From the NCBI GenBank assembly GCA_015486845.1, contig WFQU01000020.1, forward strand, positions 13,214 to 77,213: a DNA stretch of 64,000 nucleotides, written 5' to 3'. The stretch is from Anaerolineae bacterium (lineage in GTDB: Bacteria > Chloroflexota > Anaerolineae > JAADDB01). The position numbers and the translations under genes were made by a program. Below are positions 53,371 to 62,530 of this stretch, piece by piece (the stretch's first letter is position 1; each line of letters opens with the position of its first letter). The notes under the pieces were generated by a model that saw only the letters and a program-made list of their open reading frames with translations, ran no database searches and had not been told where the DNA came from.

Positions 53371-53410
53371 ACACAGATCAACACAGGCTGCGCACGCAGA
53401 TAAAAAAACA
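53371..53410 (-). repeat. R3 3'-block (copy F) upstream of gatB
   Basis: The minus strand reads TTGTTTTTTTATCTGCGTGCGCAGCCTGTGTTGATCTGTGTCC. It aligns almost base-for-base with the segment upstream of argD/lysJ (TTGTTTTTTATCTGTGTGCGCAGACTGCGTTGATCTGCGTCC). Confidence 0.6.
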
Positions 53411-53422
53411 AACGCCCGTTTG
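53402..53422 (-). terminator. Rho-independent terminator after aminotransferase gene
   Basis: Minus strand CAAACGGGCGTTTG followed by TTTTTTT. It overlaps the 5' end of the conserved motif above. Confidence 0.6.
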
Positions 53423-53437
53423 TATATTTGCTATCGG

Positions 53438-53507
53438 CGAACGGCTATCGGCTGCCGACCACTGGCTGCCGGCGAACGGCTATCGGCTGCCGACCACTGG
53501 CTGCCGG
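53438..53507. repeat. Perfect 35-bp tandem duplication (x2) in intergenic DNA
   Basis: CGAACGGCTATCGGCTGCCGACCACTGGCTGCCGG repeated twice head-to-tail, with a partial third unit just upstream. Confidence 0.85.
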
Positions 53508-53521
53508 CTACCGGCTTGTTT

Positions 53522-54688
53522 TCAACCATGCCGCCGGGCAAAGCGGGCGATGCGATTCAACGCCTCGGTGATCTGGTCCGTTGCCGTGGCGTAAGTGCAA
53601 CGCACGTAGCCTTCACCGCTGGTGCCGAAAACAGTGCCGGGGATGACTGCTACTTGTTCTTCAAGGAGCAATTTCTCGGCAAACGCCATGGCATCCATGC
53701 CGGTTATGGCCACAGACGGGAAGGCGTAGAAAGCGCCGCGTGGCTCGACGCAGGCCAGCCCAATGTCGTTGAGCCCGTTGACTAATATCCGGCGGCGCAC
53801 ATCGTACTCGGCGATCATGGCCTGTACTGCTTCTTCAGCCGCTGGATCGGTCAACGCGCTCAGGGCGGCATATTGGGACACAGTGGACGCACACATGATG
53901 GTGTACTGGTGCACTTTGAGCAAAGCCGATGCCAAAGCGTTGGGTGCCGCCGCGTAGCCGAGGCGCCAGCCAGTCATAGCGTAGTCTTTGCTGAATCCGC
54001 CTAAAAGGACGATGCGTTCCCGCGCCCCGGGCAGGCTGGCGAAACTGATATGTTGCCAGTCGTAAACCAAGCGGTCGTAAATCTCGTCAGAAATGATGAG
54101 CAGGTCGTGTTTCTGGGCAATCCGAACGATGGCGGTCATTATTTCCTGCTGCAACACAGTGCCGGTGGGATTATTCGGGTAGCCCATTAGGAGCGCTTTA
54201 GTGCGCGGCGTGATGGCCGCTTCGATTTCTGCTGGTACGGGCTGGAAGTTATTCTCGGCCCGGGTGGGCACGGTTACCGCTTTGCCGGCGGCCAACAAGA
54301 CCGGCGGCACATACCCGATGTAGGATGGTTCCGGCACGATGACTTCGTCGCCGGGGTCCAGAATGGCATCGAAAACGAGCCGCAAGGACTCGGAAACGCC
54401 GACGGTGATGATGACTTCGCTCTCTGGGTCGTAGCTGACGCCATATCGCTCTTGCAGGTTAGCAGCGATGGCCTGCCGCAAAGGAAGAATGCCCGAGTTA
54501 ACACTGTAATGGGTTTCGCCGTCTTGTAAGGCCTGGATGCCGGCTTGGAGAATTGGCTCCGGGGTCTTGAAATCCGGTTCGCCGATGCCTAAAGAAATGA
54601 TGTCATCCATAGTTGCCGCGATGTCGAAAAACTGTTTGATTGCATAGGGCGGTATGCTTGCTACTTTTTTCGAAATGTACTTACCCAT
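53522..54688 (-). CDS. Pyridoxal-phosphate-dependent aminotransferase, class I/II (aspartate-aminotransferase-like)
   Basis: The fold-type I pattern GIGEPDF...NNPTG...SFSKDYAMTGWRLGY, with the PLP lysine in SFSK. Confidence 0.8.
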   Translation of the reverse strand: MGKYISKKVASIPPYAIKQFFDIAATMDDIISLGIGEPDFKTPEPILQAGIQALQDGETHYSVNSGILPLRQAIAANLQERYGVSYDPESEVIITVGVSESLRLVFDAILDPGDEVIVPEPSYIGYVPPVLLAAGKAVTVPTRAENNFQPVPAEIEAAITPRTKALLMGYPNNPTGTVLQQEIMTAIVRIAQKHDLLIISDEIYDRLVYDWQHISFASLPGARERIVLLGGFSKDYAMTGWRLGYAAAPNALASALLKVHQYTIMCASTVSQYAALSALTDPAAEEAVQAMIAEYDVRRRILVNGLNDIGLACVEPRGAFYAFPSVAITGMDAMAFAEKLLLEEQVAVIPGTVFGTSGEGYVRCTYATATDQITEALNRIARFARRHG

Positions 54689-54754
54689 TCCGTCACCTTT
54701 CCGACCAATTTTCTCCAGCGTATTTTACCGCAAATGTGCTGATTCGCTAAAAGT

Positions 54755-55395
54755 TAGCTGCCCATGACGCGATGGGCATGCATCATGGGCCTGTAGCCTG
54801 CCTGTGCGGGCACGCAGACAGGCGCACCACAGCGGCCGAAAATGATGCGGCTGGTGTCAAGCCTTTAGTTAGGCGGGTTGGTGGGCCTACCACCGGCTAA
54901 AGCCTCAATGCCGGTGCAGCGGCGGGGCGCGTCAAGGTAACGTCCTCTGCCAAGAGGCTGCTTAACACCAGCCCCTTTCTAAGGGGCTTATCATTTACGT
55001 AGCACGGGGATTTGCCCCCCGTGCGCTCGGGCGGAGAACGCCGTCGATTAGAAGTTCAACTTTTTGAAGGGGGCCTGATTTTTTAGATGCTCCGCGCCTT
55101 AGCGCCACTGCGTCAACTTATTTTGAGAGGAGTTTGTCATTGCGAGGCCCGACAGGGCCGTGGCAATCTTCCTTACTGGCGTTGGAGATTGCTTGACCAA
55201 AAAGAGGGTCACACTGTCGCTTCGCTCGCAATGACATGACTGATTTGAAGGCGTTGCGTCAGCTATATTTAGGGGAGACCCCTCCTCTAAGCTGCGCTAC
55301 GCTTAGCTTTTTCCCCTCCCCGATACGGGGAGGGGAAGGCTTGCCGCCCCTTTAGGCGGCAAGCCAGGGGAGAGGTCTTATTTTCAGAGAAGGCA
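54755..55395 (-). repeat. R2 mosaic repeat, copy 2 (inverted relative to copy 1; carries extra ~250-nt internal segment)
   Basis: The reverse complement aligns with 24760-25140. The module order differs, and one hairpin shows compensatory substitutions (CCCCCTgaaaAGGGGG against GCCCCTTagaaAAGGGGC). Confidence 0.75.
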
Positions 55396-55460
55396 CCGCC
55401 GGGCGACCACAAGGATTTGCTCTTGCTTTTTGAATAGATGCGATTTATGTCGTTGAACTA

Positions 55461-57224
55461 TCACGGCCCCTGTGGAGGGCCTAACGTAGCAATTTGCGTT
55501 GGCTGCGGTGTGACGGTCGGCTGCGGTGAGTGGGTGTTGGTTGGCTGCGGCGTGTTGCTCGGCCAGGGTGTGCTGGTTGGCTGTGGCGTGGCGGTCGGCT
55601 CCGGCCAGGGTGTGCTGGTTGGCTGCGGTGTGGCGGTCGGCTCCGGCCAGGGTGTGCTGGTTGGCTGCGGTGTGGCGGTCGGCTCCGGCCAGGGTGTGCT
55701 GGTTGGCTGCGGTGTGACGGTCGGTTCCGACCAAGGCGTGTTGGTTGGCCACGGCGTGTCAGTCGGTTCCGGCCAAGGCGTGTTGGTTGGCCACGGTGTG
55801 TCAGTCGGTTCCGGCCAAGGCGTGCTGGTTGGCCACGGCGTGTCAGTTGGTTCCGGCCGGCGCGTGCTGGTTGGCCACGGTGTGGCGGTCGGCTCCGGCC
55901 GGCGCGTGCTGGTTGGCCACGGTGTGGCGGTCGGCTCCGGCCGGCGCGTGCTGGTTGGCCACGGTGTGGCGGTCGGCTCCGGCCAGAGTGTGCTGGTTGG
56001 CTGCGGTGTGGCGGTCGGTTCCGGCCAAGGCGTGCTGGTTGGCCACAGTGTGGCGGTCGGCTCCGGCCAGGGCATGCTGGTTGGCCACGGTGTGTCAGTT
56101 GGTTCCGGCCGGCGCGTGCTGGTTGGCCACGGCGTGTCAGTCGGTTCCGGCCGGCGCGTGTTGGTTGGCTGCGATGTGGCGGTCGGTCCCGGCCAGGGCG
56201 TGTTGGTTGGCCACGGCGTGGCGGTTGGTTGCGGGCTTACTAATTCCCTTCGGGATGTAGGCTGACGAGTGGGTACAACAACAGGCAGCGCTGTATCAGT
56301 TGGATAGATAGTATGCAACAGTGTCGGCGTTGCTATGAATGTAGGCGTTGGTGTTGGCCTTGGCATGCGTGTAGGCGTTAGCGTTGACCTTGGCGTGCAT
56401 GTAGGCGTTGGCGTTGACCTTGGCGTGCATGTAGGCGTTGGCGTTGGCGTGCCGGTAGATAATTCAGCCAATAACATTGTCGTGCGAGCTAATGTAACTT
56501 GAACCGGTTTCTGATCTGGCGGCGGCACTTCTCGAGAGAGACGCGTTAGTTGGCGTTGTGCTGTTTGCAATGTTTTACCGAATTGTTCTGTGGCGGCCAT
56601 TCGTTGTGGTACCGGTACAGCAGCCAATGCAGCTTGGGCTGATTGTACTGCTTGCCAATAATCGTCCAGCAATCGTGGATCGGGATGGGCATGTTGGTTA
56701 GCATAAGCGTATTCATCAAGGCGCCGTTGCGCTAACTGCGCGTAAACGACAGAGTGATCTTGGGGGGGGCGTGTTATCAGCGTGATGCGCTCAAGGGGAC
56801 GTTTTAGCTCGTATAGCGGTTGGCCGGGCATGCTGTGCATGGCAGCAGCATGTATACTAAGCCCGATGGCTAACAACAACACAGTGGTTATTAATGTTGG
56901 GGCTAAACGTGTCAAGACGCCTTTGGGCTGCCAAAAAAGTGCTCGCCATCGGGCTAAAGGCGATTGTTGCTCTTTTTGTAAGGCAGCATGCATGCGCGCT
57001 CGGGCTTTGTGCGTAGCTTGCGCTGAAGGTCGAGGTTGTTGAACAAGCAATAAGCGTCGAGCCGTTTCAACATAAGGCGCAACAGCTTTTTGTTCCTCAG
57101 CGGATAACGCTGTGTCTTGCTTAGGATCATAACCTCGCACATCTTGTTGTAGATGTGCGAGGGCCTTTTCTAAGATGTTTTCGTCCACTTCTGCGCTATT
57201 TAACCTCTCTATGCCACACGACAC
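55461..57224 (-). CDS. Putative anti-sigma factor with single TM helix and ~330-aa extracytoplasmic Pro/Thr-rich tandem-repeat domain
   Basis: It lies immediately downstream of, and overlaps, the ECF sigma gene. The N-terminal cytoplasmic domain is followed by a TM segment ([18 protein letters not shown]), then about 17 near-identical 14-aa units of [28 protein letters not shown]. Confidence 0.6.
   Translation of the reverse strand: MSCGIERLNSAEVDENILEKALAHLQQDVRGYDPKQDTALSAEEQKAVAPYVETARRLLLVQQPRPSAQATHKARARMHAALQKEQQSPLARWRALFWQPKGVLTRLAPTLITTVLLLAIGLSIHAAAMHSMPGQPLYELKRPLERITLITRPPQDHSVVYAQLAQRRLDEYAYANQHAHPDPRLLDDYWQAVQSAQAALAAVPVPQRMAATEQFGKTLQTAQRQLTRLSREVPPPDQKPVQVTLARTTMLLAELSTGTPTPTPTCTPRSTPTPTCTPRSTLTPTRMPRPTPTPTFIATPTLLHTIYPTDTALPVVVPTRQPTSRRELVSPQPTATPWPTNTPWPGPTATSQPTNTRRPEPTDTPWPTSTRRPEPTDTPWPTSMPWPEPTATLWPTSTPWPEPTATPQPTSTLWPEPTATPWPTSTRRPEPTATPWPTSTRRPEPTATPWPTSTRRPEPTDTPWPTSTPWPEPTDTPWPTNTPWPEPTDTPWPTNTPWSEPTVTPQPTSTPWPEPTATPQPTSTPWPEPTATPQPTSTPWPEPTATPQPTSTPWPSNTPQPTNTHSPQPTVTPQPTQIATLGPPQGP
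55510..56230. repeat. Tandem 42-bp repeat array (~17 units) within anti-sigma CDS
   Basis: The unit is GGCTGCGGTGTGGCGGTCGGCTCCGGCCAGGGTGTGCTGGTT, with point variants. It generates spurious ORFs in several frames on both strands. A second short array of 33-bp units lies at about 56330-56460. Confidence 0.9.
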
Positions 57225-57873
57225 GCATATGATCTAATGCCCTATGCTGCAACGCTTTTATTGCATTTGTCTTCTTGCCCATAATTGAAGCTGTTTCTTT
57301 GATGCTGTAACCACGCAAAAAACGTAAAACGAGCACTTCTTGTTGTGCAGCTGGCAACCGCTGTAATGTATCCTGTATCATTTTAGCCGTATCCGCTTGT
57401 ATCACGTGATCCAGAGGCAATGTGCCCTTGTCGACGAGATATGGGGGCAAAGCATCTGTCTTTCTGATAGGAACATCGCGCCGGCGATAGTAATCAACGA
57501 CTAAATTACTGGCTATTCGTTGCAGCCATGCGCCCAAGCCACTGCCGGTTGGTTTATAAGTGCGGATGTGTTGCACTGCTCGTTCGAACACTGTGGCTGC
57601 TAAATCTTCGGCATCTTCTATTGTGGCTGCCCGATAGCGCATGTAAGCGTATATTTCTGGGTAATATCGGTTGAAGATGCTATCCCACGCATCTGGGTCG
57701 CCATGACGAGCGCGCTTTATCAAACTTGCCTCATTTGCAACCGCCAGTCCGTCTGCTTGGCTTTGTTGTCCTGTTCGACGAAAAGGGATAGATAAGCAAT
57801 CTGCCCATCTACTTACCCACATTAGTATAGTTACTGCAATATAGCGATTATCATCAAGTGTCTGAGTTATCAT
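57196..57873 (-). CDS. RNA polymerase sigma-70 factor, ECF subfamily
   Basis: Region 2 ([38 protein letters not shown]) and region 4 ([30 protein letters not shown]). The N-terminal ~40 aa may not be translated. Confidence 0.8.
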   Translation of the reverse strand: MITQTLDDNRYIAVTILMWVSRWADCLSIPFRRTGQQSQADGLAVANEASLIKRARHGDPDAWDSIFNRYYPEIYAYMRYRAATIEDAEDLAATVFERAVQHIRTYKPTGSGLGAWLQRIASNLVVDYYRRRDVPIRKTDALPPYLVDKGTLPLDHVIQADTAKMIQDTLQRLPAAQQEVLVLRFLRGYSIKETASIMGKKTNAIKALQHRALDHMRVVWHREVK

Positions 57874-58632
57874 AGTTCTATGATATACTTTGGCCCCGTT
57901 CCCTGCAATTCCTGTAATTTCAAATTTACCCCGGCGCAGAAACAGATTCGAGAATCAGGCAGTTGGAAACCGCATCTATATTTGCTGAGCGTTACGCTTA
58001 GAAGGCGGCTAATAGTCTGCACCGGTGGACTGGACAGGCCTATCGCTCCGATTTTCTGTTGCTCGGCGTGAAAAAGTCTATTACCGGGCTGATACATTTA
58101 GCATTACTGTTGCTATTCATGTCCCCTATCTATTTGTGACTACTCAGCGATTCTAAGTCATAGAACCCAGATGACGCATATACCTAATAAATGCTGATTT
58201 TCTCTGATCTTGTCTGATTTATGGACAGCTGTGTAAGATCTGTGTTCTATTTGACCACGGCTGAGTAAATTTCTTTGTTTACTGCCCGAACAGGTCATCA
58301 GTATAGCGTACTAACTACACCAACGTGCGAATATGTTGAAAGGTTACGGTGAATTAATTCTCGGTAACTCCTGCGCAAAATCCTTGTTGGTTCGATATTC
58401 AGGTCGGTGCAGATCGGCCGGCGTCGCGACAGGACGAATAACTCAATTGCGTGCGAATTGGAACTAATTCTCAAGATATTGCATAACCTTTTCTGGCTCA
58501 CTTGCGTTGATTTGATTGGAAAGGTTATGACATGACTATTTTCGAAAGCGGTTTTGTCTCATGAGCGAAAAAGAAAATGCATTGTCAAACTGTTTTCCTG
58601 GTAAACAAATTCTTTCTGCGGAGGTATAAGAC

Positions 58633-60138
58633 ATGATGAAGAAACTATGGCGGTATGTCGTGATAGTAGCTGTATTGGCTATGGTGGGAAGCGCATTACC
58701 TATGATGAGCTTTGCAGCTATCAATGGTAATACAGCACCGGCTGTCTTACAGGGCGTCATCGAGAGCATGCCCGACGCGGGTAACATCGGCGTATGGCAG
58801 GTCAGCAATGTCCCGGTGCTGGTTGACGCATCGACGATTATCAGTGACCGAGCTGGAGCGCCCGACGTGGGCAGTTCGGTCAAGGTGCAAGGATTCCCGG
58901 ACGGGAATGGTGGTATTACGGCTAAGCGTATCAAAGTCGAAACCATGATGCCCGATGCTCAGTTAACGGGTGTTCTGGATGCTTTTGATGCCAATGGTGT
59001 ACTTGTTGCTGGCGTTGACATTGCTCGAGACGCTAATACGTTGGTTGTGGGCGCATTGCATGCCGACCAGTATGTTAAAGCACTTTTCGAAGTAGACCAA
59101 GCCGGGCAACGGATGGCAGTTCAGATAATCTCTGCGGAGGCTGAATACACGCCTGCAGTGGTTCACTTTGCAGGGCTTATTCAAACGGTGCCAGCTGGAC
59201 GTGCAGGAGATTGGATCATTGCCGGTCAGCATGTGCAAGTAACTGCGTCTACTTGGATGAATGAGTACAAAGGATTGGCACAGGTCGGCGCTATGGCGGC
59301 TGTGCAAGGCATACGACAGGCTAATGGTGTGTTGCTCGCCAGCAAGATTACCGTGCTGAAAGCGTTGAATGAGAATATGCCGAATCCTATTCATGCCTAC
59401 ACTGAATTTCAGGGTATTGTTGATGAACTGCCTGCGGGCACGTTTCTTGGAGCATGGCAAGTTAGTGGGCGTACAGTGAAAGTGACAGCATCTACCTACG
59501 TCGCAGGCGCGATAGAGGTTGGTGACCAGGTACTCGTGAAAGGGTATGTTTTGGCTGATGGTTCCGTTACGGCTGACCGCATTATAGCACTTGGTAGGGA
59601 AAACGGTACGCCAAGCGACCCAGGTAACGGTCACATGCCTACCGTGACGCCGACGCCGTATAACCCGGGCAGCGGCTGGATGCCGACAGCGACTCCGACG
59701 GCTTCTAACCCGGGCAGCGGTCACATGCCTACCGTAACACCGACGCCGTACAACCCGGGCAGCGGCTGGATGCCAACAGCGACTCCGACGGCTTCTAACC
59801 CGGGCAGCGGTCACATGCCTACCGTAACACCGACGCCGTACAACCCGGGCAGCGGCTGGATGCCCACGGCGACTCCGACGGCTTCTAACCCGGGCAGTGG
59901 TCACATGCCTACCGTGACGCCGACACCGTACAACCCGAGCAGTGGTCAGATGCCGACAGCGACTCCGACGGCTTCTAACCCGGGCAGCGGTCAGATGCCG
60001 ACGGCGACTCCGACGGCTTCTAACCCGGGCAGCGGTCAGATGCCGACAGCGACTCCGACGGCTTCTAACCCGGGCAGCGGTCAGATGCCCACGGCGACTC
60101 CCACACCTCATCATTATGGACCTTTCGGAAACGGTTGA
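58633..60138 (+). CDS. Secreted repeat protein: signal peptide, 3-4 internal ~90-aa beta-rich repeats (DUF5666-like) and C-terminal 15-aa PT/NPGSG tandem repeats
   Basis: Signal peptide MMKKLWRYVVIVAVLAMVGSALPMMSFA. Internal repeats have the form GxWQVSxxxVxVxAST...VGxxVxVxGxxxxDGSxTAxRI. The C-terminus carries about 10 units of PTATPTASNPGSGQM/PTVTPTPYNPGSGWM. Confidence 0.6.
   Translation: MMKKLWRYVVIVAVLAMVGSALPMMSFAAINGNTAPAVLQGVIESMPDAGNIGVWQVSNVPVLVDASTIISDRAGAPDVGSSVKVQGFPDGNGGITAKRIKVETMMPDAQLTGVLDAFDANGVLVAGVDIARDANTLVVGALHADQYVKALFEVDQAGQRMAVQIISAEAEYTPAVVHFAGLIQTVPAGRAGDWIIAGQHVQVTASTWMNEYKGLAQVGAMAAVQGIRQANGVLLASKITVLKALNENMPNPIHAYTEFQGIVDELPAGTFLGAWQVSGRTVKVTASTYVAGAIEVGDQVLVKGYVLADGSVTADRIIALGRENGTPSDPGNGHMPTVTPTPYNPGSGWMPTATPTASNPGSGHMPTVTPTPYNPGSGWMPTATPTASNPGSGHMPTVTPTPYNPGSGWMPTATPTASNPGSGHMPTVTPTPYNPSSGQMPTATPTASNPGSGQMPTATPTASNPGSGQMPTATPTASNPGSGQMPTATPTPHHYGPFGNG
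59630..60105. repeat. Tandem 45-bp repeat array within secreted-protein CDS
   Basis: The unit is CCGACGGCGACTCCGACGGCTTCTAACCCGGGCAGCGGTCAGATG, alternating with a variant. It produces the spurious antisense ORF 58963-60207. Confidence 0.9.
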
Positions 60139-60242
60139 AGGGTATTGATTAGTTAATGTAATGTTTCGCAGAATGTTTGGAAGGCTTCTCCTGAGCTTTC
60201 CAAACATTCAAAATATGCTAATGAGAAAAGAGCGTACCGATT

Positions 60243-60929
60243 ATGTATAAATCATCCTCTTCCCAATCCATCGCCCGGCAGCGGGTGTTGCTTGTTTTGA
60301 TGATTTCGTTCTCTTTGGTCGTGATTGTGTTGACAGCGGTGGCTGTTCAGGCTATGGGTAGCAACAAGCCCGCTGGAGCTGGAGCTGCTTCCTTAGAATG
60401 TAGACAGTTTATCGCCAATGGTGGTTTTGAAGCAGCGGATGCCTGGACAGTTTACTCTTCCGGCGGCATGGCTTTACTTTCTTCTTTCCCTCCGCCCAGC
60501 GGTGCTTATCATTCTGGCCAACGTGGCGCTTACCTCGGTGATTATAACAACGCTGTTGACTACATTGCTCAGAAAATTAGTATTCCAGCTGATGCTACAA
60601 AGGCTGACTTGCATGTCTGGTGGCAAATCGAAACAGAGGAAGATGCTCAACAAGCTTATGACCTGCTGAGTGCCACGTTGGAGGATTCGTCAGGTCACGT
60701 GTTGGCGACATTACACCAGTGGAGCAATAAAGACACTGCGCAGGTTTGGCAGGAAAGCCAATTTAATTTGCTTTCATACAAGGGGAAAAGTGTAACACTG
60801 CGCTTCACAGCGCACACAGATGCCAATTTGCCCACCGCATTTTATTTAGATGATGTGAATCTAAATGTTTGTGTGCCCGCGTCAACGCTCACGCGACGTA
60901 ATTGGCTGCCACGTGTGAACATGCCATAA
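60243..60929 (+). CDS. Hypothetical secreted/membrane-anchored protein
   Basis: An N-terminal signal anchor (VLLVLMISFSLVVIVLTAVAVQA) and a ~190 aa domain with no recognisable family. It is co-directional with the upstream secreted repeat protein. Confidence 0.45.
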   Translation: MYKSSSSQSIARQRVLLVLMISFSLVVIVLTAVAVQAMGSNKPAGAGAASLECRQFIANGGFEAADAWTVYSSGGMALLSSFPPPSGAYHSGQRGAYLGDYNNAVDYIAQKISIPADATKADLHVWWQIETEEDAQQAYDLLSATLEDSSGHVLATLHQWSNKDTAQVWQESQFNLLSYKGKSVTLRFTAHTDANLPTAFYLDDVNLNVCVPASTLTRRNWLPRVNMP

Positions 60930-61214
60930 AACTCAAGGAGCAAGGGGTGTAAGGCGCGTTACAGCGGCTGAAAATCTCTTGACAAGATTGGGGATCGCAG
61001 GCTTGAGAAGGAATGCGACACTGATGTCCCCTTGCCAGCATACCAGATCGCTTAAACAGCGACCAGTGTATTTTAATGCGTTTTACCGTCTTAGCGTTGG
61101 TGTGCGCTGGATAGTGGCCCATAGCATGAATCAGGTTTAGTAACAGGGGCCTTCACATTGCCCGAATAATATTTCTGAATCAGCATTTATCGGCGTGCAT
61201 CAGCGTTCTATTTT

Positions 61215-62459
61215 TCACTGGTGTGACTCGGCCGTCCAAAGGGCCGCAATGTGCACTTGTGCGGTTTGGGGCCGGAGGTCAACCGGTTGTACTGTTACCA
61301 GCCGGTATCCTGCTTGGCGGAGAAAGGCTGCATCGCGTGCCAAAACGGCCGGATCGTCCGCTGTGAATAATATTCGGTGCGGACACAACTGACTAAGTGC
61401 GCTGATAACTTCCCGTCCGGCACCTTGTCGCGGCGGGGAAAGCAGGACGATATCCACGGGATCGGTCAGGCTAAGTATGATATCTAAGATCGGGCCTTCG
61501 TAAATAGTCACATTGTCCGCATCGCCGGCATTCCAGATTGCATCCTCAGCGGCCGCTGCGTTCGGTTCTACCAACACAACCTCGCTGACTTCATTAGACC
61601 AGCTTAAGCTGAACAAGCCTCCGCTGTATAGTTCCAGCAATCGCTCGTTCCCTTCGAAAGCAAGCAGATCATGGATAATATCTATTAACACGCCTTGGCC
61701 GGCGGGGTTAGCCGGGTAAACACGCTCGGCGGAAAACCGGAATGCCCGTTGCCCGATTGTTGTTATTAGGAAAGGATTGCCCACCAGCGGGATAGCTGGC
61801 CCGCTGTCCGGCTTCCACACCACCGAAAGAGGAATATCCACCGTCAGCTCTGGTAAAGCCCCTTGGCCGTGCAGAATGACCATTGCGTCGTTATCGTCCT
61901 CACCGATTCGCAGGTCGATGCCATGCAAGCCGGGCAAGTCGATGGTTAGCGCTGCGCTCAGATCAGCTAACGCTGCTGACCAAAGAGGACAGTCCTCCAC
62001 AGGAAGGGTAATGCCGCGTTGCTTTTGCGGTAAGCCTAAATTCCCATTCTTGTCCATCGCTAAGTAGATTTGCTGGCGATAGGCAAATGGCTCCCCGGCA
62101 GGCAGCGTAGGCTGCACTGGCGGATTGGGTTCCCTACCAAAGCGGCGCAATTGCTCCACGACTATTTCTTGTTTCAATGATAATTGGCGCTGATAGCGAA
62201 TGTGTTGCCATTGGCAACCGTCACATCCGGCCGGCCCAAAATAAGGACAGGTTGGTTCGATTCGGTCGGCGCTGGGTGTGATCATGTTCAGCAATTGCGC
62301 CCGAGACCATTTGGCGCGCGTTGTTTCCTGGGCTGCCCGGACGGTTTCGCCGGGAATAGCATAAGGCACGAACACGAGCCTATTCCCGGCTTGCCCGATT
62401 GCTTCGCCGCTGTGGGCGATTTTTGTCAGTTGCAACGCTTCGTAAATACCTGTCGGCAT
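61215..62459 (-). CDS. 23S rRNA (uracil-C5)-methyltransferase, RlmD/RumA family (TRAM + Fe-S + methyltransferase)
   Basis: An N-terminal TRAM-like domain, the cysteine cluster CPYFGPAGCDGCQWQH and a C-terminal SAM-MTase domain. The start at 62459 (MPTGIYE) is preferred over 62492. Confidence 0.65.
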   Translation of the reverse strand: MPTGIYEALQLTKIAHSGEAIGQAGNRLVFVPYAIPGETVRAAQETTRAKWSRAQLLNMITPSADRIEPTCPYFGPAGCDGCQWQHIRYQRQLSLKQEIVVEQLRRFGREPNPPVQPTLPAGEPFAYRQQIYLAMDKNGNLGLPQKQRGITLPVEDCPLWSAALADLSAALTIDLPGLHGIDLRIGEDDNDAMVILHGQGALPELTVDIPLSVVWKPDSGPAIPLVGNPFLITTIGQRAFRFSAERVYPANPAGQGVLIDIIHDLLAFEGNERLLELYSGGLFSLSWSNEVSEVVLVEPNAAAAEDAIWNAGDADNVTIYEGPILDIILSLTDPVDIVLLSPPRQGAGREVISALSQLCPHRILFTADDPAVLARDAAFLRQAGYRLVTVQPVDLRPQTAQVHIAALWTAESHQ

Positions 62460-62530
62460 GGTCCTTTTTCCCTTTGATGTCCTATCACGCATACGCTAAA
62501 GATAATACAGGGGAGGGCATTCTGCCTTGT

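Noticed and set aside
55510-56230. Possible CRISPR array, because of regular short direct repeats
   Set aside because: The units are contiguous, 42 bp with no unique spacers, protein-coding in frame, and no cas genes are nearby.
55438-56265. Long ORFs on the plus strand (275 aa [14 protein letters not shown] repeats, plus overlapping 237-aa, 171-aa, 81-aa and 122-aa ORFs)
   Set aside because: All are translations of the 42-bp tandem DNA repeat in alternative frames or on the opposite strand. The minus-strand frame is continuous with a bona fide N-terminal domain and TM helix and lies directly downstream of the sigma factor gene.
58963-60207. 414-aa minus-strand ORF rich in RSRRSRCRH repeats
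   Set aside because: Mirror-image ORF of the 45-bp tandem repeat in the plus-strand secreted protein gene. It has no start context and extreme Arg/Ser composition produced by the repeat.
60165-60210. Possible terminator hairpin GAATGTTTGGAAGGCT...AGCTTTCCAAACATTC after the secreted repeat protein
   Set aside because: The stem is long and perfect but is not followed by a T-run. It may be a transcript-stabilising stem-loop rather than an intrinsic terminator, so it is not listed as a feature.
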